From Eledone cirrhosa (Eukaryota): a DNA stretch of 64,000 nt. Position 1 is the stretch's first letter. Each line of letters begins with the position of its first letter. The translations under genes and the position numbers were made by a program. This document shows, piece after piece, positions 47,977-60,010 of the stretch. Where the stretch lies: NCBI GenBank assembly GCA_964016885.1, contig OZ024746.1, forward strand, positions 53,072,001-53,136,000, in the 5' to 3' direction. Under the pieces are notes generated by a model, which did not search any database, was not told where the DNA came from, and saw only the letters and a list, made by a program, of their open reading frames with translations.

Positions 47977-48089
47977 ATATATTTTGATTATGTGAATGTC
48001 TTCATTTATTAATATTCTGAATAATATATATATATATATATATATGAGGTAATTATATTGTATTGTTTAGAATACATTATATATATATA

Positions 48090-48731
48090 CTAGCAGAAAA
48101 ACCACCCTTCGGTTGGTTTTCTGCTAGCATGTGTAGTGTGTATATTGATATTATACGTAGATATGATACATCAAATAAAATCGTAATTGACAATATATAT
48201 AGAAATTGAAGTCTGTATTACACTCTCTTATGTAATCAGTAACATAATCCATGATACATTAAAAAAGACGATATTATATATCTGCTAGCATGTGTAGTGT
48301 GTATATTGATATTATACGCAAGTATATATACCTGTAGATATGATCAAATAAAATCGTAATTGATAATATATAATACATAGAAATTGAACGAAGACTACGT
48401 TACGCTGTCTTATGTAATCAGTAACGTAATCCATGGTACATTAAAAAAAAGACGATATCATATATAAACTGCATTAGGAGAAAATTAGTGACAGAAATAT
48501 ATGAATATTTATTTAAGCGATCGCTAACCAGAAGTGTTGACATTTGAACATTTTAAAGAAGTGAATCTTTAAATAATAAAATATATTTAATGAACAGCCA
48601 CGAAATTTAGTAGATAAATTATGTAATATTCATTCATTATTTATTCAAAGTAATCCAACTTATTTTACTAAGGGGATAAAAAATTATAAACCGTACGCAG
48701 TCCCGCGCTTCTTACTTTATTATAGTTTAGA
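48090..48731 (-). mobile_element. Non-autonomous Helitron-like element
   Basis: Minus strand begins A|TCTAAACTATAATAAAG and ends with hairpin AACCAACCGAAGGGTGGTT followed by CTAG|T. It has an internal ~160-180 bp tandem duplication (~48121 vs ~48282). Confidence 0.65.
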
Positions 48732-48754
48732 TGTATATATATATATATATATAT

Positions 48755-49412
48755 ATTTGCTCAAGCAAATCTTTCCACACCCAGAGCACACCAATTCAAA
48801 TGAGATATCGTTCGTTTCGAGAGATGCGCCGGGGCATTGCTTACGCACATCCCGTTTGATCTTCTCGTGATCTATGCGCCTATCCTCAAAATTATTGACC
48901 CCATCATTCACCATCCCACGTAAAGTTTCTCTTTCAAGATCTTCTATCTCCCAGTCACCCACCATCAAACCAGTTTTTTTCAATGAGTTATTTATACAAT
49001 CTTTGAATCGGAGCTTTGGTTTGTGAGGTGGTCTCTTACCTTTACAAAACTCGCCATACAAAAGTTGTTTCGCGATTCGATCGTCCTCCATTCTGTACAG
49101 GTGTCCGGTCCATTGCAAACGTCGTTGGTGCATGATACTCTCCATGCTCCGACAATTACTTCTCTCAAGGACCTCAACATCACTCACATGCATCTGCCAC
49201 TTGATACCTAGCATCTTTCTGAGACACTGGTGGTGAAATCGCCTTTTGATATGCCGTTTGTAGGCAACATCGGTCTCACACGCATAAAGCAATGCTGAAA
49301 GTACACATGCAGCATACACTTTCACCTTGGTCTTCATTGTGATTCCTCGCCTGCACCAAAGACGGTCGCTGAGCCTTCCAAATGACTCACTTGCTTTACT
49401 AACACGCAGACC
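48755..49412 (-). mobile_element. RTE-clade LINE 3' fragment (RT thumb/C-terminal region plus partial zinc finger)
   Basis: TKVKVYAACVLSALLYACET...RFHHQCLRKMLGIKWQ...RRLQWTGHLYRMEDDRIAKQLLYGE...CSGCGKIC, cut off by (TA)n. Confidence 0.9.
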
Positions 49413-49506
49413 AATATATATATACTATGTTAAGGTATCAATACATATTTAATGTGTATGAAGCTCAATGGATCTTGGTTCAGAGCATCAATAATTCAAA
49501 TTTAAA

Positions 49507-49508
<2 letters not shown>

Positions 49509-49576
<68 letters not shown>
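49509..49576. repeat. (TA)n microsatellite
   Basis: Direct reading. Confidence 0.95.
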
Positions 49577-49579
<3 letters not shown>

Positions 49580-50435
49580 CAGAGAAGGATGGACAGAGAA
49601 ATTAACTCTCTTCTCTGATTGAACATGTATGTGAAAATTAATTTTTCTTCCCCTTTCTATTTTTATTATTATTATTATCACTATTTTTACAAATATGCAA
49701 CTTAACAATATTCTGCATATCCGCAATTGACAATGGTATATATTGCTGAAACCGGTATTGTAAATAAATTAATGTTTTGATATTTCACTAAAACAAATCT
49801 CTTCAACATTTTCTACTGAAAAAATCTTGAGCTGGGAGAGGAAGCCTGCAGCGTCCAAGCCTTGCTTTATGACCTCGTTGTGGAAGGCGGCCGGCACTGT
49901 AGCGACAGGAATGTGGGTGGAGACCGAAAGAGTCCACCCACAGCGACATTTGATTCGGAAAATTCGGCCGTCAAGTATGAAATTTGTAGAAATGTGTGTT
50001 TTTCCTACACATTTCTACAAATGTCATACTTGACGATCCAATATATAATTGCCTGCAAAGCAGTTTATAGTAGAACTTGCTTTCCTTTCTTTTACTAGTT
50101 TCAGTCTTTAGATTGCGATCATCCATGGGTATCATCTTAATTTTTTTTTTTTTTTACGGATTGAAACCCTACCTCCCCACCAAAGCTGAATCTTCCCAAA
50201 TATGCATAGATACATAACTACCCATATGACCACATACAGGCAAAGGCATGTTGTTTTTTAAAAACTCTTTTTTTATCTCTGTACGGTTAGGGTTACTCGT
50301 CGCCATTGCTAAGCAAGTCAAATAAAAAACAGACCAAAAGGTTCAAATAAATTTAAATACATTTTTTTTTGCAAAAAAACAAATTTACTTGCAAGATATT
50401 TATACATGTAAAAATATTAATTCAATACATGTAAG

Positions 50436-50467
<32 letters not shown>

Positions 50468-50531
50468 AAATTAGAATTTTATTTCTCACCTTACATAAAT
50501 GTAAGTATGCATACGTACACATATATATGTA

Positions 50532-50539
50532 CAGAGAGA

Positions 50540-50590
<51 letters not shown>
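50532..50590. repeat. (GA)n microsatellite
   Basis: Direct reading. Confidence 0.95.
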
Positions 50591-50591
<1 letters not shown>

Positions 50592-50722
50592 AAGGAAGAT
50601 GAAAAAAAACTTACCTCTTAATTTTAAATCTTTAATTTTTAGTTTTTAATTCTTATTAATTGTAATATTCAACATTTGATAAGATGAATTTTAATAACAC
50701 ATCAAAACCGGTAATACTTTAT

Positions 50723-52266
50723 ATCATCATCATCATCATCATCAACGTTTAACGTCCGTGTTCCATGCTTGCATGGGTTTGGACGGGGGTAGTCCCACTT
50801 GAGGCAAGAGTGATTGTCTTGCTCGCATAGGACTGTCTGGCAGGTTTTCTACAGTTGGATGCCCTTCCTAACACCAACCACATTTACAGTGTGGGTCTGG
50901 GAGGTTTTTACCGTGTTGCCTACACGGCCACATTACAGCGTGGACTGTGTGTTTTTTTGTCGTGACACCTACACGATCTCATTTGTTTCGGCCTGGATGG
51001 CGCGGCACCAACATAACTTTACATAGAACGGGGTGGTGTGGATGGGGTGGGGGTGGTGGCGGGACGGGGTGTATTTTGTTAGAGATGCCTACTGGCAAGG
51101 CGGGTCTTCTCTGTTACTGAGTACCGCCAAAGGTCTCGGTCCAGTGACATTGTCTTGGAGAGGTGTAAGTGTGTGAGGTCGGAGTTTATCAGCTCATCCC
51201 AGGTTTTTCTAGGTCTGCCTATTCCGTGGCTACCGTCTATCTTTATTGCCCTGCACTTTGTTATACAGCTGTCGACTTTCATGCGCATCACGTGTCCATA
51301 TCAACGCAGCCTTCTCTCGAGTAAACAACATCTGATCCCTCTTATCTCTAATTTTTTCCTTAGTTCGTTTATGCTTTGCCGTTCACGTATATTACTGTTA
51401 CACATCCAGCGGAGCATGCAAGCTTCGTTCCTCTCTAGTCTGCGTATATCCTCTGCACACAATGCCCAGGTCTCACTACCATGCAACATTGCTGTTCGTA
51501 TGCAGGCATCGTACAACCTGCCTTTCATTTTTAGGGAGAACCCTTTAGCAGCTAATAGTGGTATAAGCTCTCTGAACTTTTTCCAACCAGTTCTGACTCT
51601 AGCTACAGTACTTTCAGAGCACCCTCCCCCACTGCTGATTTTATCGCCCAGGTAACGGAAGCTGTCCACTATTTCTATAGAACCCTCTGCGCAATTGAAA
51701 GAGCTAGTATTCTGTGGGCACTTGCTGCTACTTATTGCACCAGAACACCGGCCACATGTAAAATCTATGTTCTTAGTTAGCTTACCTGTGATCCCACTAC
51801 ATCTTTTATGCACCCATACTTTGCATTTAGGACATAAAATGGAGTTTCTACCTACGCCTTTCCTACACACCGAGCACGACCATTTCCCAGAAGGGACCGC
51901 CGCCTTGTTTTCTTTCCTACAAACTAGAACTTTGGTCTTAGCCAGGTTAATTTTAAGTCCTTTTGACTCTAGGCCGTGCTTCCATGTTTCGAATTTCTTC
52001 TCTAGCTCGGCCATTGATTCCGCTATGAGTGTTAGGTCGTCTGCGTATAGGAGTTCCCATGGGCAGCCTGTCTTGAACTCCTCTGTTATAGCCTGAAGGG
52101 CAATAATAAATAGTAGGGGGCTGAGAACAGAGCCCTGATGGACGCCAACTTTTACGCTAAACTCTTCACTATATTCGTTGTTAATTCTAACCTTGCTGAC
52201 TGTTTCTTTATACATGGCTTGTATAGCCCTCACAAGCCATTCGTCAACGCCTAGTTTTCTAAGAGC
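50723..52266 (-). mobile_element. 5'-truncated RTE-type LINE: RT with PHD insertion, 3' UTR and (GAT)n tail
   Basis: GVHQGSVLSPLLF, WELLYADDL, FRYLGD and MLHGSETW motifs. One nonsense codon at ~51301 (RRLR*YGHVMRM). Ends in a stem-loop plus (GAT)n. Confidence 0.95.
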
Positions 52267-52569
52267 CTCTTTTTTAAAAGAATTGTACCTCTCATTTTTT
52301 CAATAATGTCACTTTGACGAATCAAAGAAAAGAAAAAAAAGAAAAACAAACCCTAAAATATGTGTGTGTGTGTGTGTGAGAGAGTACATGTTTGTGTTTT
52401 AATGTTTGTGTCTGTGCATTTATGTGTATGTGTCTGTATGTATTATGTATATGCTATATGTGTGGTGTGTATGTATATATATATATGTGTGTGTGTGTGT
52501 CAGGTCATCTAGAAATGTGTAAATATGTATATAATGTATGCATGTGTATGTATATACGCGGAGACATTG

Positions 52570-52800
52570 AAATAATTGGGCTGGATACCCAATCGCGCAG
52601 TGAAACCACTGGAAATGAAGGACCCCTAGCCTTTGTCAGGACAATCTTCTAGAAGGCAACGCAGGAAACTGGAATAACTCTGACATAAAACCTGCCACTC
52701 AGTAGTTACCGATGATGTTGATCTTTTCTTCTTTTCAGGTTATAGCTACTGTCGCTCAGAGAGTGGGATTTAGCTCAGTGCACAATCTTTCCTCACAGGC
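52570..52800 (+). mobile_element. Possible 5' UTR fragment of a HERO/RTE-like retroelement
   Basis: Higher-GC island (GGAAACTGGAATAACTC...AAACCTGCC...AGTTACCGATGATG) that resembles such leaders. Recalled similarity only. Confidence 0.3.
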
Positions 52801-52905
52801 ATTGCACGATAGAATTAATTGATAATTATTAATAATGTTATATTGTGCAATGGCCATACTCGATAACGAGGGGGTAGCCATCATTTATGTGTGTGTGTGT
52901 ATATA

Positions 52906-53075
52906 TCATCACCATCATCATTTTACGTCCGTTTTTCCCTGTTTGCAAGGGTGGGACGGATCCTCTTCAGCACAGCATCACTCCATTCATCGCAGCCCTT
53001 CATCATCTCCTCTGTGAGCTTCATTGATCTGAAGTCAGTTCTCACCATCTCTACCCATGTTTTCCATGGTCTTCC
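52906..53075 (-). mobile_element. Short 3' end of RTE-type LINE (same subfamily as 62585-63763)
   Basis: [24 protein letters not shown] followed by CCGTCCCACCCTTGC...GGACGTAAAATGATG tail. Confidence 0.85.
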
Positions 53076-53079
53076 TTTA

Positions 53080-53160
53080 CACTTATATATATGTACATGT
53101 ATTTTTGTGTGTATGTGTATATATACATACACACACACACATATATATATATACACACAC

Positions 53161-53235
<75 letters not shown>

Positions 53236-53277
53236 TGTATATATATATATATACACACACATGTATATATATATATT
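53080..53277. repeat. Compound (TA)n/(CA)n microsatellite
   Basis: Direct reading. Confidence 0.9.
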
Positions 53278-53999
53278 TTAATGTGTTTAATTGAATTTAC
53301 ACTTAACTTTTTATCCTAAAAATAATCTTTTCACCTCTATTAATAAGGTTTAAATTATTAAGTTTCTTAGTAACTCGACCTCCTAGTTATTGATATTTTA
53401 TTACTGAATTAAGCTTCCATAATTCATTTGTATTGTGTTTCTTAATCTGTTCTATTAATGTTAACTTTAGAATTGCTGTTATTTCAATTAATAATTATTA
53501 TTAAACTTATATGCTTCTAGTTGTATTACTATATGTGTATTAGTGTGTAATAGCAGAGCAAAATATTTTGTAGTCATTGCACATTATATCTTTATAACTA
53601 ATAAATTTTTATTGCATGTTTAGTCTCCCATAAAATTTTAACATTTTCCCAACTGTATTTTAAATTTGTTTATGTTTTCAGAATTGGGATATTTGGACAT
53701 GTGATTGGTAAATAATTATGTTATTTATGTTGTTTAATAGATTCTGAAGAAATCAATACAGTCGAAATGTATTTTCCTGTTGTATTGATTAAAATGTTCG
53801 TAAATCAATTAAATAATTTGATGTAATTTAATCCTGAATATTTTTATTTATTTTATATATATATATCAATGTAATCTGAGTTTTTCGAATATTAATAATA
53901 ATATTTGATTCGTTTGCAATTATGCAAACAAGCCTCATTTATAAAGCCATGTCAGTAGAATGAGCCCCTCATTCTTGCTCTTGTGTTGGAATGTAAACA

Positions 54000-54790
54000 G
54001 AACAGCAGGCACTAATGTTTCTGGGTATTACCCTTCATCAGTACAGTTCACCTGCCAACTGTCAGAGCTAGTGAAAATATATGATATTTTCTAAAATATA
54101 CAGTGACTGATTGGCCAGATTTGCATATTAGCAGACTATCTAAAATCTACAATTCAACTCCAGGGCTTTCTCACTTCTGTTGGAGGAACTCCTCCACTGC
54201 TTCCTATTTCTGGCCATACTGAGCTATGTTGATGGGCCACATGAATAGGATGTCTTGACGGAATTGTGATTGATGATTTTACTGTATCTATGTTGTGGTC
54301 AGAAATATCTATCTATTAGATTTTAAGCTTTTTACCAACATTAGGGGGATGTGAACCAGATAATGCTTCTTTTTCTGTTAGCATTTTTAGTATGGTATGG
54401 TTGGGTACTCAATTTTGTCCTTAAAATTGCTATCTAGTAGGGCTTGGTTGTAGTATGGTGCAGCCTTATCAAATATCTCCCTGGTTACTGATAGATTTGG
54501 GATCTTATGACTAATATTAGAAACTAGATTTTTAAAAAGTACAGGGCTGGAGTGTGACATGATGCTTTATTAATATATTTCAATTTTTCATTGGGTATAT
54601 GGTATGGTTCATACAAAGCTGTGGCTAAGTCTAAGTTGACAGTGAAGAAATTTGCATTCGTGAGGTTCATTCATATCAACCATAATTTTACATATAAAAT
54701 ACCTACATATAAAGAGAGATTTACAGTGAGAATATTTAAGTTCAATGTGTTTTCCACGTCTTAGATAGAAATTGTCTACCAGAACATAGG
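54000..54790 (-). mobile_element. Decayed Penelope-like element (RT thumb/linker remnant) with a terminal hammerhead-like motif
   Basis: Minus-strand translation VNLDLATALYEPYHIPNEKLKYINKASCH...EIFDKAAPYYNQAL...KRSIIWF matches the PLE pattern. CTGATGA-AGGGTAATACCCA-GAAAC occurs within 54000-54049. Confidence 0.8.
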
Positions 54791-54807
54791 TACCATAGTT
54801 TAATTAA

Positions 54808-55004
54808 CCCTTTAGCATTTAAACTGGCCATATCTGGCCAGAATTTTCTCACTTCTTTCTGTTTAAACAGGCCATAACAGGCTGCTCATACTTATGTTAA
54901 CAAAATAAATAATATCAAAATCTCATAGATTCGATATTATGTAAGATAAAGCCTTTACCGTGAAAATACAATAGTAAATATAGAGTAACGTAAATGCTAA
55001 AGGG
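54808..55004. mobile_element. piggyBac-type MITE
   Basis: TIRs CCCTTTAGCATTTA / TAAATGCTAAAGGG flanked by TTAA at 54804-54807 and 55005-55008. Confidence 0.85.
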
Positions 55005-55179
55005 TTAACAAAAACACCATTAAAATATTCTCCACATCACCTAATTTAGCTGACTATATAGCCTTTAGTAACCACCATAAAATCTCAAAACTAAACTTAA
55101 AACATTAATTGACTTTCTGGGTTTCTTATAAATAATTTTCTGCACCTTTCATACAAATTTGGGTGTTCTAGTGGTATTA

Positions 55180-55415
55180 ATATCCTTCACTCAAGAGTCG
55201 AGTTTCCTCGATCCAATGAACAGAACTCTTTTCATTTGTCTCGCTCTAGCATTATCAATCCAAGATCCATTAAATTTCCTCCCGTGTCAGCATATAGTAC
55301 ATCTAGATACGTTGTTGCAGGACAACCTCTACTATGCACAGGCTTCCATAAAAGAACGCAGCTGACACACTCATTTTTTGCCCTGTAGCAACGTCCCGCA
55401 AAACGCACCTTTCTT
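55180..55415 (-). mobile_element. Decayed LINE C-terminal fragment (related to 58921-59280)
   Basis: RKVRFAGRCYR...VLLWKPVHSRGCPATTYLDVLYADTG parallels RRLRLAGHAHRH...VLLWEPLHG..RGRPRLTYVDALRTDTG. Confidence 0.65.
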
Positions 55416-56371
55416 AGGTGTTTGACTACTGTTGTAGAATCCCTATCAGTGGCTCCTAGCTCTTTGCAAACTTTGACAACAAACAACTGTGCAACTTTCA
55501 TGAAGTGAGCAATCTCTAAATCACTTAAATACAATGATTACACCATGCCTTTTCATTTACTGAGTTAACTTGATGTCTGTTAGCATGTATTTAAAAAGAA
55601 ATGATAACCAGAACAAGTTAGAAGAAAGTTAGAGTTATTAAAAGACATGTCCTCAAAGAAATGAGCAACCCTATAACTAACTTTCTCATTATTACTTAGA
55701 TGTTTGGAGCATAACTTAATAAAGGTTCTTGCATAAAATTATGATGGACATTTTTTTAGATAAATATAAATACTTTGAAATTACTAGTTTTACACTATAA
55801 AACCAGGACCAGTTTCAAACAATTTAGTATCGAATGTGTTAACATGGCAATGTGTTTTTTTTTTTAAAGAAACAATATCAGCAACAACAATAACATCACT
55901 CCAGTAGAATTTATTTAATTTCGAATATAAAATCTTAAATTGAAAAATATGGAAAAAAAAAAAACCTAGAGTATTGAGTTTGTAAATAAATATTAAAAAT
56001 ATTATCCGACATCTCAGCAAAAACTGTCGTAACATCAGAAAACGTATATGTGTGGGTGGGATGCCTCCTACAAGTAGCAACTAAAATCTGCTACCTTGTT
56101 GGCTTTGGTAATAGATCAGATATATTAAATATGCATCGCACATTACGTTTTTTGTTTGTTTGGGTTTTTTACCGGTATAAATTGACAGACTGGTACTTTT
56201 CAACATCACACCAATATTTAGAAGTGAAGTCTTTCATAACCCAGGAGACTGCTACACAGATTCTGATATATATATATATATATATATCATATTTAAAAAA
56301 TGGAGTTAAAGACTCACATTCGTCCCCTATAATTTAATGAGCTCAAGGAATAGATTCTGGGCTCTTTATAA

Positions 56372-56617
56372 ATCAGCATATAGAGGGAAGTACACATAGA
56401 GATATGTGTTCAATCATAGGGAATCAAAAACCACCAGAGTGACGAACATATTAACTATGAAAGGAATGTTGAATACAAATCAATTAAAACAATATATTAA
56501 AGTGTACTAACCATCCAATTATAACTATAACATCCGTAGTTAATATGTTCGTCACCCTAATGGTTTTTGATACCCTATGATTGAACACATATCTCTATGT
56601 GTACTTCTCTCTATATG

Positions 56618-56622
<5 letters not shown>
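56372..56622. repeat. Inverted repeat with ~88 bp arms and ~75 bp spacer (MITE or PLE-type foldback)
   Basis: ATCAGCATATAGAGGGAAGTACACATAGAG... pairs with ...CTCTATGTGTACTTCTCTCTATATGCTGAT with a few mismatches. Confidence 0.85.
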
Positions 56623-56666
<44 letters not shown>

Positions 56667-57052
56667 CATCATCGTCATATCATTTAACATGTTTTCCCTG
56701 ATATATATATGGAAAAATGAGAGAATTAGAATGATGGAAATAAGGTAGAAGAGTCAGACAATTGGACACCATAGAAGATTAAAACAAGATAAATAGATAT
56801 ATATTTAAAAACAAATAATATTTTACAGGAACAACACTGAGTTTCTGGCAACCGATGGTCCTGCATCTCTTTTATCTGGATATAAGTATGGCTGAACATT
56901 TCAATTTCCTGCAACCTGCTGTATATGTCATGAAGTTACTACTAGCCATTAAATATAGTTTTAAACATTTATATCTTCATATTATTATAGTTGATGAATA
57001 GGGAGAACGTTTTTGACTTTGTAGTATGTTTTTAGTGAACTATTATATAGAG

Positions 57053-57220
57053 CAGGGTTTCCCAAACTTTTTCAAATGCCGAACCCTTTTTGGTTCACAA
57101 ACTTTTTGGGGAACCCGAAAGTCTAAAACTGTTATATGGTTGTAATGTAAATATACTCCCCTACCCTTTTTTAACAGAACCCTAGACACTCCTTTCAGGA
57201 ACCCACATTGGGAACCACTG
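57053..57220. mobile_element. hAT-type MITE
   Basis: TIRs CAGGGTTTCCCAA / TTGGGAACCACTG and a perfect 8-bp target duplication ATATAGAG on both sides. Confidence 0.9.
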
Positions 57221-58350
57221 ATATAGAGGAAGGAGTAGACTGTCTTTCATTAGAAGAAAGAATAGCTGGGGATGACAGAGGAGGAAATGAAAAAGTTTGT
57301 GAAGGGTCATGCACATGATAGAACAAACTAGAGAAGCTTGTCATGGGGTTAATCTCTGCTTTAGCATGAAAATAACTTTAACCTTCTGGATGCTGTTGGT
57401 GACATACGTCGCTGATAGAGTAATCTCCCCTTAATACATAATACAGTGTCAAGGGAAGCAATCCATAAAAAAATTCAGTGTCCTAAACATTAAAATGCTT
57501 GTTGTTTTATATAGTCCAGCAAAATGGATACTCTGGCATGGATCTAGAAGCAAGAATGCCAGAAAATTTCATGTGGTACCTGTGTATGCATGTATGTATT
57601 TACAAACACACAAAGCAGCTAAAGAGTCATGTACTATATTATATGTATGCAAAACAATTCTCAATTAGTTGAAATTTGTCTTTAGTTGGAGAAAGAAAAC
57701 CAAAAACCTAGTGGTAATAATTGTTGGCGACTCTCAAAGAGAAGGGAGAACACTTAAAAAAATTATTACACAAAATAAATTAAAACCCTTAGAGGGATAC
57801 TTGCCACAAAGATCAGACTTTCTACAATGCAGTTTATCTTGCTCCAAGGAAAACGAAAACTTCAAGTAATTGTAACTGCATCATTCCTTATTTGATTTAT
57901 CTAAATTCATGCCATTGGCTTATTTCCCTTAGCTCTGTGTGTCCGTATATATATTTATATAAGTATCAACATTTATGTCCCTGTCAGATTCTCTTATACA
58001 TGTACACTTAAGTATCCTTATGAATCCCCCGTCCCTCTCTTCCTCCTTCTCACTCATTTTTTAGTTTATTTTTGTTATTGTAGCCAAGATCAATGCTGGG
58101 GCACTGCCTTGAAATATATGTATATATATCTCTCAATATATATATATATACATATATGTATGTACGTGTACATACTTATATTTAAGTAACAGCCATACTA
58201 AGAGTGGGAAATGAAATTTCGTTTAATTTTTTCTGTTTATTGTTTTCGGTGCACCCGGCCGATTAACCCACTCGATATGCAAATTGGGCTACTCAGCCGT
58301 TAATATGTATAAGGTAAGTATATACGTTCAACAATCTGGCAGGAAGGTAT

Positions 58351-58393
58351 ACGTTGTTGACGATAGCTAATAAGCTTGAAACTAGTACAGCGT
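58351..58393 (+). ncRNA. Hammerhead-like motif with C3>U core change
   Basis: ACGTTG-TTGACGA-TAGCTAATAAGCTT-GAA-ACTAGT-A-CAGCGT. Confidence 0.5.
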
Positions 58394-58509
58394 TCCTTTT
58401 TCAGTGTTGAACAAACTAGCAACGATGGTTGCTAGACACTACGGCTTAATACGGGATGTTTGTTTACAAACACACCGAGCATTATAATAAATGTTCGGTG
58501 AATCCATAC

Positions 58510-58920
58510 CTACATATATATGGGTGTGTATGTATGTATATATATATATACATACTACTGTACGTCTGTATACATATATGTATGTACGTGTTCATACGTA
58601 TATATATATATATATATACCCTTATATGTATATATTCATACATGTAATCATATATATTCCTATATGTATTCATATATGTATTTAAATATATATATATACT
58701 CATCACTATCATCATCATCATTTTCAGAATAATTATCGTTATCTTCATCATTTAACACCCATTCTTCCATGATAGCATGGGTTAGACTATTCATATATGT
58801 ATATATTCATACATGTATTCATATATATTCTTATATGTATTCATATATATATATTTATTGGTATATATAGATATATTTATTTGTGTATATATATATATAT
58901 ATAGATATATTTATTGGTAT
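58510..58920. repeat. Low-complexity TA-rich compound repeat with a degenerate CAT-tail stub
   Basis: Direct reading. Confidence 0.8.
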
Positions 58921-59280
58921 ATGGTGGATGGGTGCTACACGAGAATGCTGAGGATGGCTCTGAACATTAATCAGTATACACTGAGGATGAAAAACTCAGA
59001 GCTGTATGGGAGCATCCCAAAAGTCAGCTCAAAAGTGACACAGAGGAGACTGAGGTTAGCTGGACATGCTCATCGACATCCAGAGTTGGCATTGCACTCA
59101 GTGCTCCTTTGGGAGCCCCTACATGGACACACTAGAAGAGGAAGACCAAGGTTAACGTATGTTGATGCCCTAAGGACAGACACTGGTCTGTTGGAGACGC
59201 AGGACATGGCAGCGATAATGAGGGACAGAGACCGCTGGAGAGAACTCGTCCATAGATCTCGGGAATTTTACCCGCCTTAG
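58921..59280 (+). mobile_element. LINE (RTE-like) C-terminal fragment inserted in TA-rich repeat
   Basis: DGCYTRMLRMALNI...RRLRLAGHAHRH...RGRPRLTYVD...MRDRDRWR. The frame is open and TA-rich on both sides. Confidence 0.85.
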
Positions 59281-59644
59281 AAATAGATAGAATATATATA
59301 GATATATATAGATATATTTATTGGTATATATATATATTTAGAGAGAGAGGAGAAGAGAGAGAGAGAAAGAGATCATAACCTTGTTTACATGTGTCCTTAC
59401 AACAGAGAAAAACTTCAAAGTAGTCTACAAAATATTCTACATAACATGCGATTGGTGGGTGAAAACCATGACAACATGTGTAGCTGTCCACAGAAACTTG
59501 CAGCATCCGCATGATACCTGGAAATATAAAAAATCATGTGACATAAATCATAAGATAGTATTGGAGGTTATGTGGCGACTGTATTGTTAAGAGTTTGATA
59601 GCCTTTGCATTGTCTATTACCAATAGAGTATATATATATATATA

Positions 59645-59905
59645 TCATCATCATCACCGTTTTACGTCCGTTCCTCCACGCTAGCATGGGTTAGACGGGT
59701 TGTCCTGTTGTGGGCAGTGTCCGGTCGGCTGACCTTGTCTTGCTCATATGGGAACTGATTGTGGCTTGATTTCTACAGCTGGATGCCCTTCCTAACACCA
59801 ACCTCATTTACAGTGAGTGTTGGGTGCTTTTTTTCCGGGGTGCCTAAACGTCCACTTTACAGTGTGGGCTGGGTGCTTTTTTGCCGTGGCACCTCCATGA
59901 CTACT
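59645..59905 (-). mobile_element. RTE 3' UTR fragment / short non-autonomous copy with (GAT)n tail
   Basis: Near-identical to 62054-62320 and similar to 50723-50970 (TTTCTACAGCTGGATGCCCTTCCTAACACCAACC). Confidence 0.85.
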
Positions 59906-59934
59906 TTGCAGTGGAATGATAGGGACCCCAGTCC

Positions 59935-60010
59935 CTATCATCTCATTTCTACAGCTGAGTAAACTGGAGCAATGTGAAATAAAGTGTCTTGCTCAAGGAA
60001 ACAACACATC
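59935..60010 (-). mobile_element. SINE fragment
   Basis: ACAGCTGAGTAAACTGGAGCAATGTGAAATAAAGTGTCTTGCTCAAGGA is the reverse complement of a CORE-like SINE body. Confidence 0.55.

Noticed and set aside
55415-55560. Possible transposase N-terminal HTH remnant (LEIAHFMKVAQLFVVKVCKEL)
   Set aside because: Too short and decayed, with no TIR or catalytic motif seen.
55990-56045. Minus-strand CTGATGT...GAGA hammerhead-like motif; also CTGAAAA near 60802
   Set aside because: Core mismatches and unconvincing stems, within chance expectation.
57669-57869. IIVGDS as an esterase-like or PLE linker remnant
   Set aside because: A single short motif with no supporting context.
59381-59630. Possible decayed GIY-YIG segment (VVYKI...WKYK...INHKI)
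   Set aside because: The resemblance is too fragmentary to call without a search.
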